Shown one piece after another: positions 38,730 through 51,375 of a stretch of 64,000 bases of DNA. The first letter of the stretch is position 1. Every line of letters starts with the position of its first letter. The notes below the pieces were generated by a model, which was given only the letters and a program-made list of their open reading frames with translations, had not been told where the DNA came from and did not search any database. Position numbers and translations under genes: made by a program. The stretch comes from Rhynchobatus australiae (lineage: Eukaryota), in assembly GCA_034780895.1 (NCBI GenBank), contig JAUZTB010000084.1, forward strand, positions 3,668,314-3,732,313, given 5' to 3'.

Positions 38730-40155
38730 TGTTAATTTGTTACTTAGAAAATAGGATTATGCAGTGTTAACATAAATTTATGAAAAAATTACTTTCACAA
38801 ATCTGTTTTTTTGAATTGTGATCAGCAGGATAAATAAGGAAACCAGTGTATGTGGTATATTTGGACTCCAGAAGCCCCTGGATAGAATGCAACACAGGAT
38901 ATTACAAACCAAAACCAGAGTGATGGAATTGGGTTAATATATTACAGTGGAATTAGAAATGATTAACAAACAGAGAAAAGAGATAAGGGAGGCTGTAAAC
39001 AGGTATGATGGTGGGTCATTTTTGAATTGGGAGGTGGCACAGTGATTAGTGCTGGATCCCCAGTTGTTCACAATCTATATATGATTTCGATGGGGAGAGT
39101 GTAATCTACCTAAATTTGCTGATAATACNNNNNNNNNNNNNNNNNNNNNNNNNNNNNNNNNNNNNNNNNNNNNNNNNNNNNNNNNNNNNNNNNNNNNNNN
39201 NNNNNNNNNNNNNNNNNNNNNNNNNNNNNNNNNNNNNNNNNNNNNNNNNNNNNNNNNNNNNNNNNNNNNNNNNNNNNNNNNNNNNNNNNNNNNNNNNNNN
39301 NNNNNNNNNNNNNNNNNNNNNNNNNNNNNNNNNNNNNNNNNNNNNNNNNNNNNNNNNNNNNNNNNNNNNNNNNNNNNNNNNNNNNNNNNNNNNNNNNNNN
39401 NNNNNNNNNNNNNNNNNNNAACCCATACAGTCACAGGGAAAATGTGCAAACTCCTTACAGACAGCGGTAGGAAATGCATCCTGATCGCTGATGCTGTAAT
39501 AGCATTATGCTAACCACGATGCTACCGCACCACCCCTAGTAGTTTTTAATGGTGAGAGATTGAAGGGTGATTGTGTTCAGAGGCTCATGGGTGTATTGTA
39601 CACAAATCACTGAAAGTTAACAAGCTGCTGCAGTAAGCATTGAGGAAGGCTAGCGGTGTGTTGGCCTTTAAGTATTTGAGTTCTAAATAAAGGAGTCTTA
39701 TTGCAATTGCACAGGGCTCTGATGAGACTGCATCTGGGCGGTTGGGGGGGGTGATGGTATGGAGATTGTTCAATGACGAGAGATTAAGCAGACTGGGACC
39801 TAGGCTGTAGAAGAATGAGAGGTAATTTCATTGAAATGTTCAAAATTCTTACAAGGCTTGACAGGGTAGATGCAGGGATTATGTTTCCTCTGGCTGGGGT
39901 ATCTAGAACCAGGAGTTTCAAAATAGGGAGTTGACCATTCAGGACTGAAAATTGGAGGAATTTCTTCACCAGCACGATAGCGAACATTTGGAATTCTCTG
40001 TCCAAGAGGACTGTGTAGGCTCATTCACTGAGTATTTTCAAAACAGAGAATGATGGTTAACAGAATCAAGGGAAATATCAGCCTTCATCTTATTGAATGT
40101 TGGTGTGGCACAAAGGGCAGAATGGCTTTTCCTGCTTCCAGTGCTTATGCTTTTA
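38730..40155 (+). mobile_element. Degenerate CR1 RT and 3' region
   Basis: VVYLDSRSP (YLDFQKAF-like), KFADNT, LRRMRG..IEMFKIL, NFFTSTIANIWNSL. Confidence 0.8.
39420..39536 (-). mobile_element. V-domain SINE 5' part, nested in the CR1
   Basis: Reverse complement of the head of 21325-21570 ('caaactccttacagacagcgg...gctgtaatagc...gctaccgcaccacccc'). Confidence 0.85.
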
Positions 40156-40454
40156 CCAAGTACCACTGAGTGGATACACACAGCTTCAGAAAGAGCAGCA
40201 AGAAGATGTTTGTGTAGTCTTCAATTGTCCTACTTGTGGTTTGCTTCACTGGATTATGAATCCAGAATTCCCTGTCTATTTCCTCGTGTACTAAATTGTT
40301 ACATTACTTAAAACTGATGATAGTGCATAGTGCGTTCCTTCTGTTTGTATTAGCAGCAACTCTTATACAAATTTGTCAAGTTCCAGATTAATTAAGTAAT
40401 TCAGTTTTCTGAAAGTTCTATACTAGGATAATTGTTTTGAGCTGTACCAGAATA

Positions 40455-40890
40455 AGTAAATTGGTTTATTATTGTCACATATACCAAGGTACAGTGGAAA
40501 ACTTTGTTTTGCATGCCATCCACACAGATCAATTCATCATATCAATACATCATGGCAGTACAAGGGAAAACAATAACAGAATGCAGAATAAAGTGTTACA
40601 GAGAAAGTGCAATGCAGGCAGACAATAAGGTGCAAGACCATGATGAGGTAGATTGTGAGGTCAAGAGTCTATCCTATCGTACAAGAGGTCTGTAGTCTTA
40701 TAACAAGGTAAAAGCTGTCCTTGAGCCCGATGGTATGTGTTTTCAGGCTTCTGTATCTTCTGCCCGATGGGAGGGGGGAGAAGAGAGAATGTCCAGGGTG
40801 TGAGGGGTCTTTGATTACGTTGGCTGCTTTACTGAGGCAGAGAAGTGTAGGCAGAGTCCATGGAATGGAGGCTGGTTTTCGTGATGTGAA
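40455..40890 (-). mobile_element. Rex1/Babar-type LINE 3' end
   Basis: KAANVIKDPSHPGHSLFSPLPSGRRYRSLKTHTIGLKDSFY. Confidence 0.85.
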
Positions 40891-41299
40891 GTGCAAAGTG
40901 TTTTACAAACCTAAAATGATAGTTTCAATTTGTACCAAAATCGCTCATTGTAGTTCTAATAAGATATGAGATCCCAAATTCAATTATGGCCTCATATAAG
41001 TTAGTAATCTCAGTGAGAGGGGCCATTGTGTTATTATAATTATGTTCACAAGCTGATAACTGAGGGAGTGAAAAGTTCACCTAGATTCCAGCTCTTGACT
41101 GCTACTAAGTGATCCCTGTTGAAAGCGGTTTGGATGTTGGCTGAAAACAAAGCACATGTTTGTACTAGATTATGGAAGTGAAATTTATGCTGGCACATTG
41201 TGCATCATTTACTTGTGTCAACTGTGCTTCCTAAATTTTATAATGCAAATCTCTCTCGTGATGTAAACAAACTAATGGCAAAGAAAAACCTTGCCCAGA

Positions 41300-43450
41300 G
41301 AACTTTGTCTGTCATATTTAGGGAGAAAAGAGATTACAGATGCTAGAGGGCTGCAACCCACCATGGTGAAAGAACAGTGGTCTTACAGTTTAAAATGGAA
41401 CAACAGATAAATCAAATGGCTCCTTTTGATGATGGGAGTTGGAGATATTTCAAAGAATGATAGCCTAGTTGAGACTGAAAGCCAACCTCTGGTAACAATG
41501 AAGGTGCAACTGTGCATGGGGAGGTCATTACTCAGATCTGAAGTCCCTTGTGCTTCATTGAAACTGAAATTTGGCAGTATCAGGTGAAAGGCAGATGAAA
41601 GACATTAATGGTTTCAGACACATTGTGTGGTTTCTTGAGCACAGCATAGCCAAAGTTAGGAAAGAAGAAAAGGTAACCCTAATATGAAGGCAAGTGACAC
41701 AGCAACCTGGCAGTTGAGTCCAATTTAACAGTTCCTGAATCAGATGTGGCAATGTTCAAGATGATTGGAAAAAGACTGGCTGTATGCATTATTCCACCTT
41801 GTCATCCCTGAGGATCAGTATTGCTTCAAGCCTGCATGAAGAGCTGGCAGTCATTGTCTATGCCATTGTGAGGTGGTTCTCAGCAGCAGGTCTCCTAATA
41901 CCCTGTAACATTCCTTTTCAGTGAATCAGGACCATACCAAAAAGTAGTTTCCTGTGATCAATATCAGGGACTTACAGTATAGTTGGTAGCAACTTTGATA
42001 GTACAGATGCAGTTCCTTTCATGAGATGGTACCACCTAAAACAAACATACTGTGATTATTTCCAAAGAATCATCAAGCATATTGGTTAACTGCACATTCA
42101 TATTGGAACCATGCCATCAGGAAATTGGGTTTCTGAGGAAACTGAGAGTTCAGATTGCTGAGTGTTTCTGTTTAACTCCCTTTGGCATAGAGGCCCCTAA
42201 GTCATTGACCATTTGCTAAGGTGAAGAATGTCTGCTTGTTCTTGCACACATAGATAAGTGGACGTCAGTGGCTGGGTGCAGAATATCTTTTGTACAATCT
42301 GGCCAGCCTGATATCCTACCATTGCTTAGTTTCCTCCAAAGAAACCAAATGGGGTAATTCCCATTTGTGACGCCAATAGCTGACATACCAGCAGTGGAAA
42401 ATTTTCTGCAACTCCGACATGCTATGTGGAAACATGAGAAAAAATAAGAAAGTTAGTGCAGAGATACTGATTTTACTTAATTTGGTCCTTTAAACTTATT
42501 CTTGGATATGCTGCATCAAGTAGACCTGAATGCTGCCATTGTGTCATGATTTTGATATCTCATTGCTATGGACTGGTATATAAGGCTTTTAGGTGGGAGC
42601 TCCTGTTGTCTCTACCCAACCCCCAGCAACCAAAAGGTACACAGATGTACTGGGTGTGATTCTCATCCATTTTTGGTAATCCCATCTGTGCCACATTCAA
42701 AGCTGTGACAAAAATTGCTTTAGGCCACACCAGTGATTTTGTTGAAAGGTGGAGTGAAAAGAATTCTGCATTAGTTAAGGCTTATACAGGTATATGAATT
42801 AATATGCACTTGACATTTTGGATTTACTTTTCAGTTGGCCTGGTGATCCAAATTGCTTCTGTGTGTTGTTTTTATGGAGCATTGCATTGCTTAGTCTTTA
42901 ATTTAGTAGCTATGTACCTCATTGCAAAGCCTTTGATGCAGGACTGTCAATGTTAAGGGAATGTTGGAGGTGACATTTATGGCCAGAAAGATTGACAGAT
43001 TGTGTTTCTCAAAGTGACATCAAGTGGGAGACAAAACTGAGTGTTGGCAAGTCTCTTTGATGTTGTTGCATTTTGTGCTTTGAGAAGGATGAATGTAATA
43101 AAAATCTTACAGCTGTAATTCAGTTAATTTTTAAAATTATGGAAAATTGTGTTATTATGGACCTTTGCACAGGGGTTTTCCCAATTGGTAGAAGAGCCTT
43201 CTGAGAGACATTTCAGAATGGTCTGAAGCTTTGTTGCTCTCCTTCTGAAGTTGTAGTAGGAAAGAAGATGAACTCTTGCTGAGTTTCCTTGCAGTTATAT
43301 ATTTGAACTCTTGTGGACCTAAAATATTGAGCAGTGCTTTAAGGCATAAACTGGGATTTTTTGCTTGTATGGGATTCTCCCACCTGACTGCCATAACGTT
43401 GGGTAAGATCATTGGAAATCTGCTTCATGGCGCAATCCAGCTTTTTGCAT
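41300..43450 (-). mobile_element. Highly decayed endogenous retrovirus pol (class I, gamma/epsilon-like)
   Basis: Ordered minus-strand motifs in shifting frames: ALLPIGK (~43180), LANTQFCLPLD (43018-43053), LTVLHQRLCN (42921-42950), LKALYT (~42580), YPIWFLWRKLS..ISGWPDC (~42294-42360), FPDG (42113-42124), LQLPSSKG (~41420-41445). Confidence 0.6.
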
Positions 43451-44799
43451 AGTATGTACCCATGAGGAAGATATTGGCTTTTTCATATGACATTTGCAGA
43501 ACTATTTTAACATTGCAGTTTCAATATGGAAGNNNNNNNNNNATCTGAATCATTGAGCATGGGGGAAACAAAAGACGACATGGATTAGAATTTTTGGTAC
43601 TTGGGTGGAGAAGGAGAAACGCAATATTGTTACAGAATGAAAGGTAGTGGACACTGTAATGGAAAGGGTTTTAGGTTGGAAGTGTCTGTGCTGACAAGGA
43701 TGTCATGATTGTAAACAGTTTGAAGTGAAACCACAGCTTGAGTGTGGAAAGAAATTGGCAGTTAGAGTTCACAGTGTCAAGTACTTTTGTTTTCTCCAAA
43801 TGATGAGCTGAGGAAATTACAAGCAAGTAAGGCTTGATGTTACCACATGTAGCACCATAGCACAAACGTAGATAAGACTTTGAGCCTATGAGGTTTAAAT
43901 ATCAGCCATATAGGNNNNNNNNNNNNNNNNNNNNNNNNNNNNNNNNNNNNNNNNNNNNNNNNNNNNNNNNNNNNNNNNNNNNNNNNNNNNNNNNNNNNNN
44001 NNNNNNNNNNNNNNCAGCCATATAGGACCCAGCTAGTTACCTTTTGTTCTCAAGTAAATGTGTTCCTTTTATTGAAATCATTGTTTTAAGATGCCTGTGA
44101 CTTTTTATCTCATTACTATTCAGCTCTGTAGAGCACTATTTTCATAATTAAAGGCAGTTGCCCTGAATTTATTATTTGTAGTAAGAACAATAAAATAGTG
44201 ATTTAATCTGGTGCTAACAAAAAAAAGGAACTCAATTTGGTTTTCTATTAAGGTATTCAGAGGATGTTACATAGACTGCTGTGTGCACAGCACATCTGCT
44301 GCTATTATGATAGGCTTTATTCGTTATTATACAATTCCAACTCTATTGTTTATGTTTCTGGAGAGCCTACAGTACTCTGTAGACAGCTGTCTGTTAAACT
44401 AATGTAAATAAATGCCAGGAGCTGTGTGTTTATATATATCTGCACAGATACATAGAATTGGTTCTTTAGAAATGCACACAATGGAATTACAATTCTGGAT
44501 GTATTGGGTAAGCAGGGATAATAGTTGTGGCATTCTGTGTAAACTAAGGCTGAAACCTGATGATATTTGATTGGTTTCATATGGTGAGAAGGAAAACTAA
44601 GATAGCAATTTATGCCCGGTTAACTTTCTCTACCTTGGACTAAAAGCTGAAGTGGAAGTATATGGTGATGAGATTGAAGAACACTTCAAATCAGAGCCAC
44701 ACAGCAGGAAAGTTGTTGAACATCATATCCACCTACTATCTCCTCAGTGAATCAGCTCCTAGAGGCCTTTCCACATTTGGAGAGCTGAAATATCTTCTT

Positions 44800-45902
44800 G
44801 ATATAGAAGATTGGCTGACTGACAGAAGGCAAAGAGTGGGAATAAAGGTGTCCTTTTCTGGTTGGCTGCCGGTGACTAGTGGTGTTCCATAGGGGTCAGT
44901 GTTGGGTCTGCTACTTTTCATGTTATATATCAGTGATCTGGATGATGGAATTGAGGGCTTTGTGGCCAAGTTTTCAGATGATTAAAAGATAGGTGGAGGG
45001 GTAGGTAGTGTTGAGGAAGCAGAGAGTCTGCAGAAGGACTTGGACAGGTTAGGAGAATGGGCAAAGAAGTGGCAGATGAGATACAGCTTAGGGAAGTGTA
45101 TGATCGTGCACTTTGGTGGAAGGAATAAAGGCGTACCCTATTTTCTAAACAGGGAATGAATTCAGAAATTGAAGGTGCAAAGGGACTTGTTCAGGATTCA
45201 CTAAAAGTTAACTTGCAGATTGAGTTGGTAGTAAGGAAGGCAAATGCACTTTTAGCAATCATTTCAAGAGGACGAGAATATAAAAGCAAGGATGTAATGC
45301 TGAGGCTTTTTAAGGCATTGGTCAGGCCACATATGGCGTATTGTGAGCAGTTTTGGGCCCCATATCAAAGGAAGGATGTGCTGCTGTTGAGAGGGTCCAG
45401 AGGAGGTTTACAAGAATGATCCTGGGAATGAAATGGTTAACGTATGAGGAGCGTTTGATGGCTCTGGGACTGTACTTGCTGAAGTTAAGAAGGATGACGG
45501 GGGATCTCATTGAAACTGACCAAATATTGAAAGACCTGGATATAGTGGATGTGGAGAGGATGTTTCCATCAGTGGGAGAGTCTAGAACCAGAGGGCACAG
45601 CCTCAGAATCAAAGGACATCCCTTTAGAACAGAGATGAGGAGGAATTTCTTTAGCCAGAGGGCGGTGAATCTGTGGACAGATTCTACAGACGGCTACAGA
45701 CAGCTATGGAGGCCAAGTCATTGGCTATATTTAAAGTGGAAGTTGATAGGTTCTTGATTAATAAGGGCATCAAGGGTTATAGGGAGAAGGCAGGAGAATG
45801 GGGTTGAGAGGAAAAAATAAATCAGTCATGACTGAATGGTGGAGCAGACTTGATGGGCTGATCGGCCTAATTCTACTCCTGTGTCTTATGGTCTTCTGGT
45901 CT
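44800..45902 (+). mobile_element. CR1 LINE 3' half
   Basis: WLTDRRQRVGIKVSFSGWLPVTSGVP*GSVLG, KFSDD, LVRPHMAYCEQFWAP, RTEMRRNFFSQR; tail 'gtcttatggtcttctggtct'. Confidence 0.95.
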
Positions 45903-46219
45903 AAGCAGAATTGAAGCTAATAGATATTCACCCATCATGATCTTACAGAATTAATTTCCAAATATATCATCCTATCTTCCTCCATTTGTTTAACACTTTG
46001 TGTAATAATGCTGTACACATATTACTGCTATTGTGGAATGTGAAGCTTATCCATTTCTGTCAATTTTTTAAAAAATGTTAGAATTCTAAGTGCGAAATAG
46101 TAAATAAAGATAAAATGGTCAACATCATATCATCTTATTTCATATCCCAAAGTAAAGCATTTTACTTTATATCTATTTGTTCCACATGTTTCAGTCAGCA
46201 GGTGACAAAGCATAAATAT

Positions 46220-46750
46220 AAGAGACTGCAGATGCTGAAATCTGGAGCAAAAAATAAACTGCTGGAGGAGCTCAGCAAGTCATGCAAGTCTATGGAGGCA
46301 AAGGCATTGTTGATATTTTCAGGTCAAGACCCTGTATTAGGACTAAGAGTCTAGAGGGGAGATAGCCAGTGTACAGAGATGAANNNNNNNNNNNNNNNNN
46401 NNNNNNNNNNNNNNNNNNNNNNNNNNNNNNNNNNNNNNNNNNNNNNNNNNNNNNNNNNNNNNNNNNNNNNNNNNNNNNNNNNNNNNNNNNNNNNNNNNNG
46501 GTAAGGATAAGGAGAGAGAAAAAATGGGGCAGATGGACCTGGGTGGATGAGGGGAGGGTGGAGATAGAGACAGAGGCTGGACTGTGGAGGCACAAGAGGC
46601 TCCAAATGCTGGAATTTGTTAAATCAGGAAGATGATACGTGGAACCAGATTAAGAGAGTGATGATAGGCATTTGTTGGGGGATGGGATAGGAAAACCAGA
46701 AGATGTAGTGTGTGGGTGATAGGCAGATGAAACCAGGTCAAGGAGGGATA
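46220..46750 (-). mobile_element. Penelope pLTR region
   Basis: 'ctgcagatgctgaaatctggagc...ctggaggagctcagc' is the reverse complement of the end of 54450-55185; purine-rich body; decayed hammerhead motif at 46309-46344. Confidence 0.7.
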
Positions 46751-46849
46751 TAGACCACATGCAGGCAGATGTGCAAATTGGCATCCTTGTCAGCACAGAC
46801 ATTGTGAGGACATTTCAGCATAGATGAGAATTTGGAAGGAGTGGCATGT

Positions 46850-48150
46850 TTGTGCGAGATCTTTTGGTGTCAGCTCAATGTTGTGTACTCTAGTTTAGTC
46901 CGAGACAATGCAATGGAATCAATAGCAAGAAAAGCAGTTTGGGGCCTGGCTGAAGATAATTTCTTTGTTGTTCTTTGTTTAGCAGGAGAATTGCTAAGCT
47001 AGAAGCTGAAAAAAAACAGTCTAAAATCTAGTAAAGAGATTGAGAGATATTGTGGAGGGGTAGAGCTGGATGCCACAATTATGTCTATGGAACCCAACCT
47101 CCTTGACTTTTGATTATGCCATTGAGGAGAGGAACTGGATGAGAAAGAGAAGGTGTCAGTTTATATTTTTTTAGGATCTCTTGAGCCAGCATATTTTTGG
47201 CACGTTGTTTGCCAGCCACTGCATTGGAAAGAGCACTAATGAATCCAGCAGCCAGGCTGAGGGGGAGACAGTGGAGAAACCATTACTGGAGATGACTTAA
47301 TTATAATCAAATAGCTAGGAGTGAAATTGAGAGGCAGGCCAATGCTTTGGAAATAAGAGAAGGGGTTTTGCAGAATGATGTAGTCACCACTTTCATAGGC
47401 TATAGAAATAGTGAGAAGGATGATGTTAGGTAATGAACCATGGTCCAACTTGTTGAGGAGGACACGTGACCTTCAGTGGATGCAGAAGGGGCAGAGTCTG
47501 AATTAGAAAAATTCAGTAAGTTACTTGTGGGACATATGAATCCAAATTTGGAAGNNNNNNNNNNNNNNNNNNNNNNNNNNNNNNNNNNNNNNNNNNNNNN
47601 NNNNNNNNNNNNNNNNNNNNNNNNNNNNNNNNNNNNNNNNNNNNNNNNNNNNNNAGGGGAATGATTGATAGCTTTTTTAAGGGCAGGGGGTGGGGGGAAG
47701 AGAGTGTAATTAAAAAGCAGTTTTGATGGGGATGGGGGAAGGAAAGCACTTGTTAGCTATTAATAATGCTAGGAAGATAAGTCCTTCATTCAACAGTTTA
47801 GTAGGAATATTGTTAGTGAGTTGCAGGTGGATTGTAATGAATGACTATGGAAAAAGCTTTTGCGCAAATGTTAGAGAATTTATTGGAGACAAAAGCAGTT
47901 TAGGAAAAATATTATTTGTTTGGAGGGGAGAGGTGGAATGTATTGATTGCTGGACAGTAATAAGGTAGTAAAGTGAAAGAGGCCTTTGGTCTTGATCTTA
48001 GTAACATATGAGTGCCTCATATTCATTTAAGGAGATGCTTGGTGGTGGAGAATAGAAACAGGGGCTCTCTTTTCTCTCCTGGTATATTGGTTTTGATGAA
48101 GGATACTTGAGGTCCGTTTTATTGGTGTAATCCAGCTTGATTTGGTGATT
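46850..48150 (-). mobile_element. Ancient L1-like ORF2 (endonuclease region) remnant
   Basis: ITPIKRT near 48110-48130 (L1 EN NSPIKR) and NKEQQRNYLQPGPKLL near 46930-46985 (KQ.YYE.G.K..KLL-like). Confidence 0.4.
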
Positions 48151-51100
48151 GGTGAAAAAAAACAGACATGTGCCTTATATACTGAATTGTACACTGAGAC
48201 TTCAGAGAGTGAAGATGTGAACCTCAGGGTGATGACCAATTAGGTGATGATTTATAACTTAGTGGGACAAGACAGCCAAAGGAGTGGGTAAGTTTTAAAA
48301 ATGATGGCTGCAGAATTATCACATGTTCAGAATTTGTGAAACAATGGGAACCATCAGGGCAGCTTTGAATTTTGAATTTACTTTCCACAATGTCCCTATC
48401 TTTGTGGTGGTATTAAGGAATACTGTAGACCCAGGCAGTTGTGAACAGGGAAGTTAGAAGCCGAACAAGGTAGCTTTTTGTAAGTCCATTTATCCTTCTT
48501 CCTTTTTGATAATTGTCTGGATAAGTTGTTTTATACCAGCACAAAGATAAAGAAATTGTGAAAGGTGCACCCTGTGTGCAAAGCTGCCTAAGTTTCTATT
48601 GTTTCTCAAATCCTTTAGACACAAAAAGAGTTAACCTGATGAATTTAAATGTATAATTAGCTATTCCTGAACATTAATCTCAGAATGGCTGTTCGTTATA
48701 ATTTATGAGGAAAAGGTTGTACTGTATGTGGAAATATTAGCCAAGAGGCTGAACTGCATTTGCTAAAATCTCTTTAGATCTAATTTTTTATGAAGGCAAA
48801 CCATTACAAATGAACAATTGCTGCACTTATGATTAACAGTCACAAGTAGCTTGGTTTGCTCGCACTGCCTGTAATTCATGTTTAAAATAATGTTAATGTA
48901 TTTTTTTGGACTCTAATGAGTATTTCATTTGCACATTCCACTGTGATATTTGTTTAACATTGCCCTGTTCACTGGTACCCTCAGTATAATACAGAAGCAA
49001 TTTCAACAGTGCTTGAGTGCTACCTACAGACTTCATAAAAATTGCTTTAAAATAATATATAATTAAAATCAATAGTCAAAGTATGTTGCTGGTAGTAAGA
49101 GGAATCTTTTCACATATTAAGACTTTTAAGGATAGACTTCCATCTCTAAAAGATACCCCAAATGCCAGATGTGGTTTAAAGAGAGGCTCTGATTCTCTGG
49201 ATTAACCAAGGACTCCAGATCAATACTGCAAGCACCTTTGTTACTGGTGGTAGGGGGAAGACTGGCAAGAATTATCCAATTGAGTACCAAAGAGTCTGTT
49301 TACTTTCTGATTGGCATAGGAAGGCAAACATCCCCATTACTGGCCAGTCATTGGAGAGATTGAAGGGTAGGGCAAGTGGATGCAGAAGTTATGTGCTTAA
49401 ACCTCCAGGAATCAATATGGATCAGTGTGGGCGATCCAATACACAAGGTATTACAGTTGCAAGGGACAATGGAAATGTGTTTGTGTATTTGTAAATGGTC
49501 TTCGTTATTTACATTTGGGGTTATTTGGTGACAGAATTGAGCGCAATTGTAATTCCTCCTCATGATCATCTGGTCTTCCAACTCACTCTGGACTTGATGA
49601 GGAAGGACAGTTATTTAGGCAAAGTGTTGAAGTGAATCACAGCATGAATCATTATCTTCAGGGGATGAAAAATAGGGAAGAAATTAATAGATGTTGCCAT
49701 TTTATAAAATTCAGTTAATTATTATGACATCCTTCTTTCTTCCTCTCAAATACCTTAATTTAAGACACCGAGGAGCAGTGCGGGGGAGGTGGATAAGCTG
49801 AGCAATGGGGAATCCAATGATTTTTTTCTAACTTTTTTCAAATATCTATTTGTCTCTGAGATGATTGTAGAATCTGGATGAGAAGCTTTGCAGAGCTCAC
49901 AGTGTNNNNNNNNNNNNNNNNNNNNNNNNNNNNNNNNNNNNNNNNNNNNNNNNNNNNNNNNNNNNNNNNNNNNNNNNNNNNNNNNNNNNNNNNNNNNNNN
50001 NNNNNGTGTGGGAATTAAATTAAAAGGAGCAGAATTCAGTAACCCATTGGTGTTTTGACTGCAACTGTGCATATTAATTCACTATGTTCTCACTGTCAAT
50101 CTTGATGTTTCCTAACACTTGTAACTGTGTGAAGTAAATGCTGCAGGATGCACAAGCAAATGAAATGTGTGAAATGACATTGATTAAAAGCTCCAAAGTA
50201 GGAGAGAGAGGTGAAAATTACTTCATTTGTTTCAAATGAGCTTTGGAGATCTGGAAGTCCTGAAACTCCACGAAAGTCTTAAGCCAGTGATTGGTACATA
50301 AGTGCTGATTTCATATCTCTTTCTGTTTTGAGGGAAGCAGTATCATAACAATATTTTACTTGTTAAATTCTCAGTTAATATTTGTGGTCTGCCAGTATTC
50401 CTTTGAGGCCCATTGAACACCAGTGCAGAAAACTGACAGGACTTCTGTATGCATGCAGACAACTGAGTGGACCAGTTAATCTGATGTCATCTCACAATGT
50501 ACACAAAAATGCAAGAATCTAAAATCACTGGAATTTTTGTTGCACAATTGACAATTAGAGTGTCTTTGGTGAAGGTCAACTGCATAGCGGTGGGTAGGGG
50601 AAACCACCTTCTCCAAGCCTAACCCTAAATTATATTGTTTTATGATCATTCCTGTCCATTAGATAACATGGACTCCAGCACCTCATGGCTGATGTAGGAT
50701 CTTGACCTGAAACACCAGCTTACAACTTTTGTTTCCACACTTTTTGTTGCCGTGTGACCCACTAAGTTCTTCCAGGTTCCAGCATCTGCAGTTCCTTTTG
50801 CCTTCTTCCTAATCCTATCATTGTCTGATGCTTACATTTGTGAACTTTATAGTGCACCTATGAACAGTATTCAGAAGCAAAATCACCTGGTGACATTCTA
50901 AGTTCAGGGCTGCTAGTTTTTACTCCCTTACTGCCATTGAACAGGGATCAACCAACAGTGCAATGCAGGAATGAAAGGGCTCAAACCTGGATATTATTGA
51001 TCTTGCTAGATAGCACAGAGTGATGTTGGGGAGCTGTCAAATAATACAAAAGAAGTTGTTTACCTTTAGTCAAACATATCAGATGTGCAATGATATGTTA

Positions 51101-51259
51101 GGGAAAAGTACAATTGGGATAAAAGATGTCATAAGGCAGATTACTCTTCCATTGCAGGCACAATTTTTGTCATTGGTCGCAGTTGCAAAGTGTATCCAGT
51201 TATATTCAAGAAATTATGCAGAAATAGAAAAGGCACTTATCAATGACTCTGTCTCATGA

Positions 51260-51375
51260 GGGGTATATAAGGGCCACAGTGGAATATCAGCTTGGTTGTT
51301 TGCACTCTAGTCTCTTGAGAGGAGCTTGATCCGTCTTCCTGACTCAGGCAGAAGTACTGTCTACTGAGCTACAGA
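51260..51375 (-). mobile_element. Deu-type SINE head fragment
   Basis: 'cttcctgactcaggcagaagtactgtctactgagcta' is a reverse tRNA-like head. Confidence 0.45.

Noticed and set aside
49150-49620. Faint LTR-retrotransposon RNase H-like words on the minus strand; also protease-like IEVNGHPVKV near 63865-63900
   Set aside because: Too few motif residues to support a call by eye.
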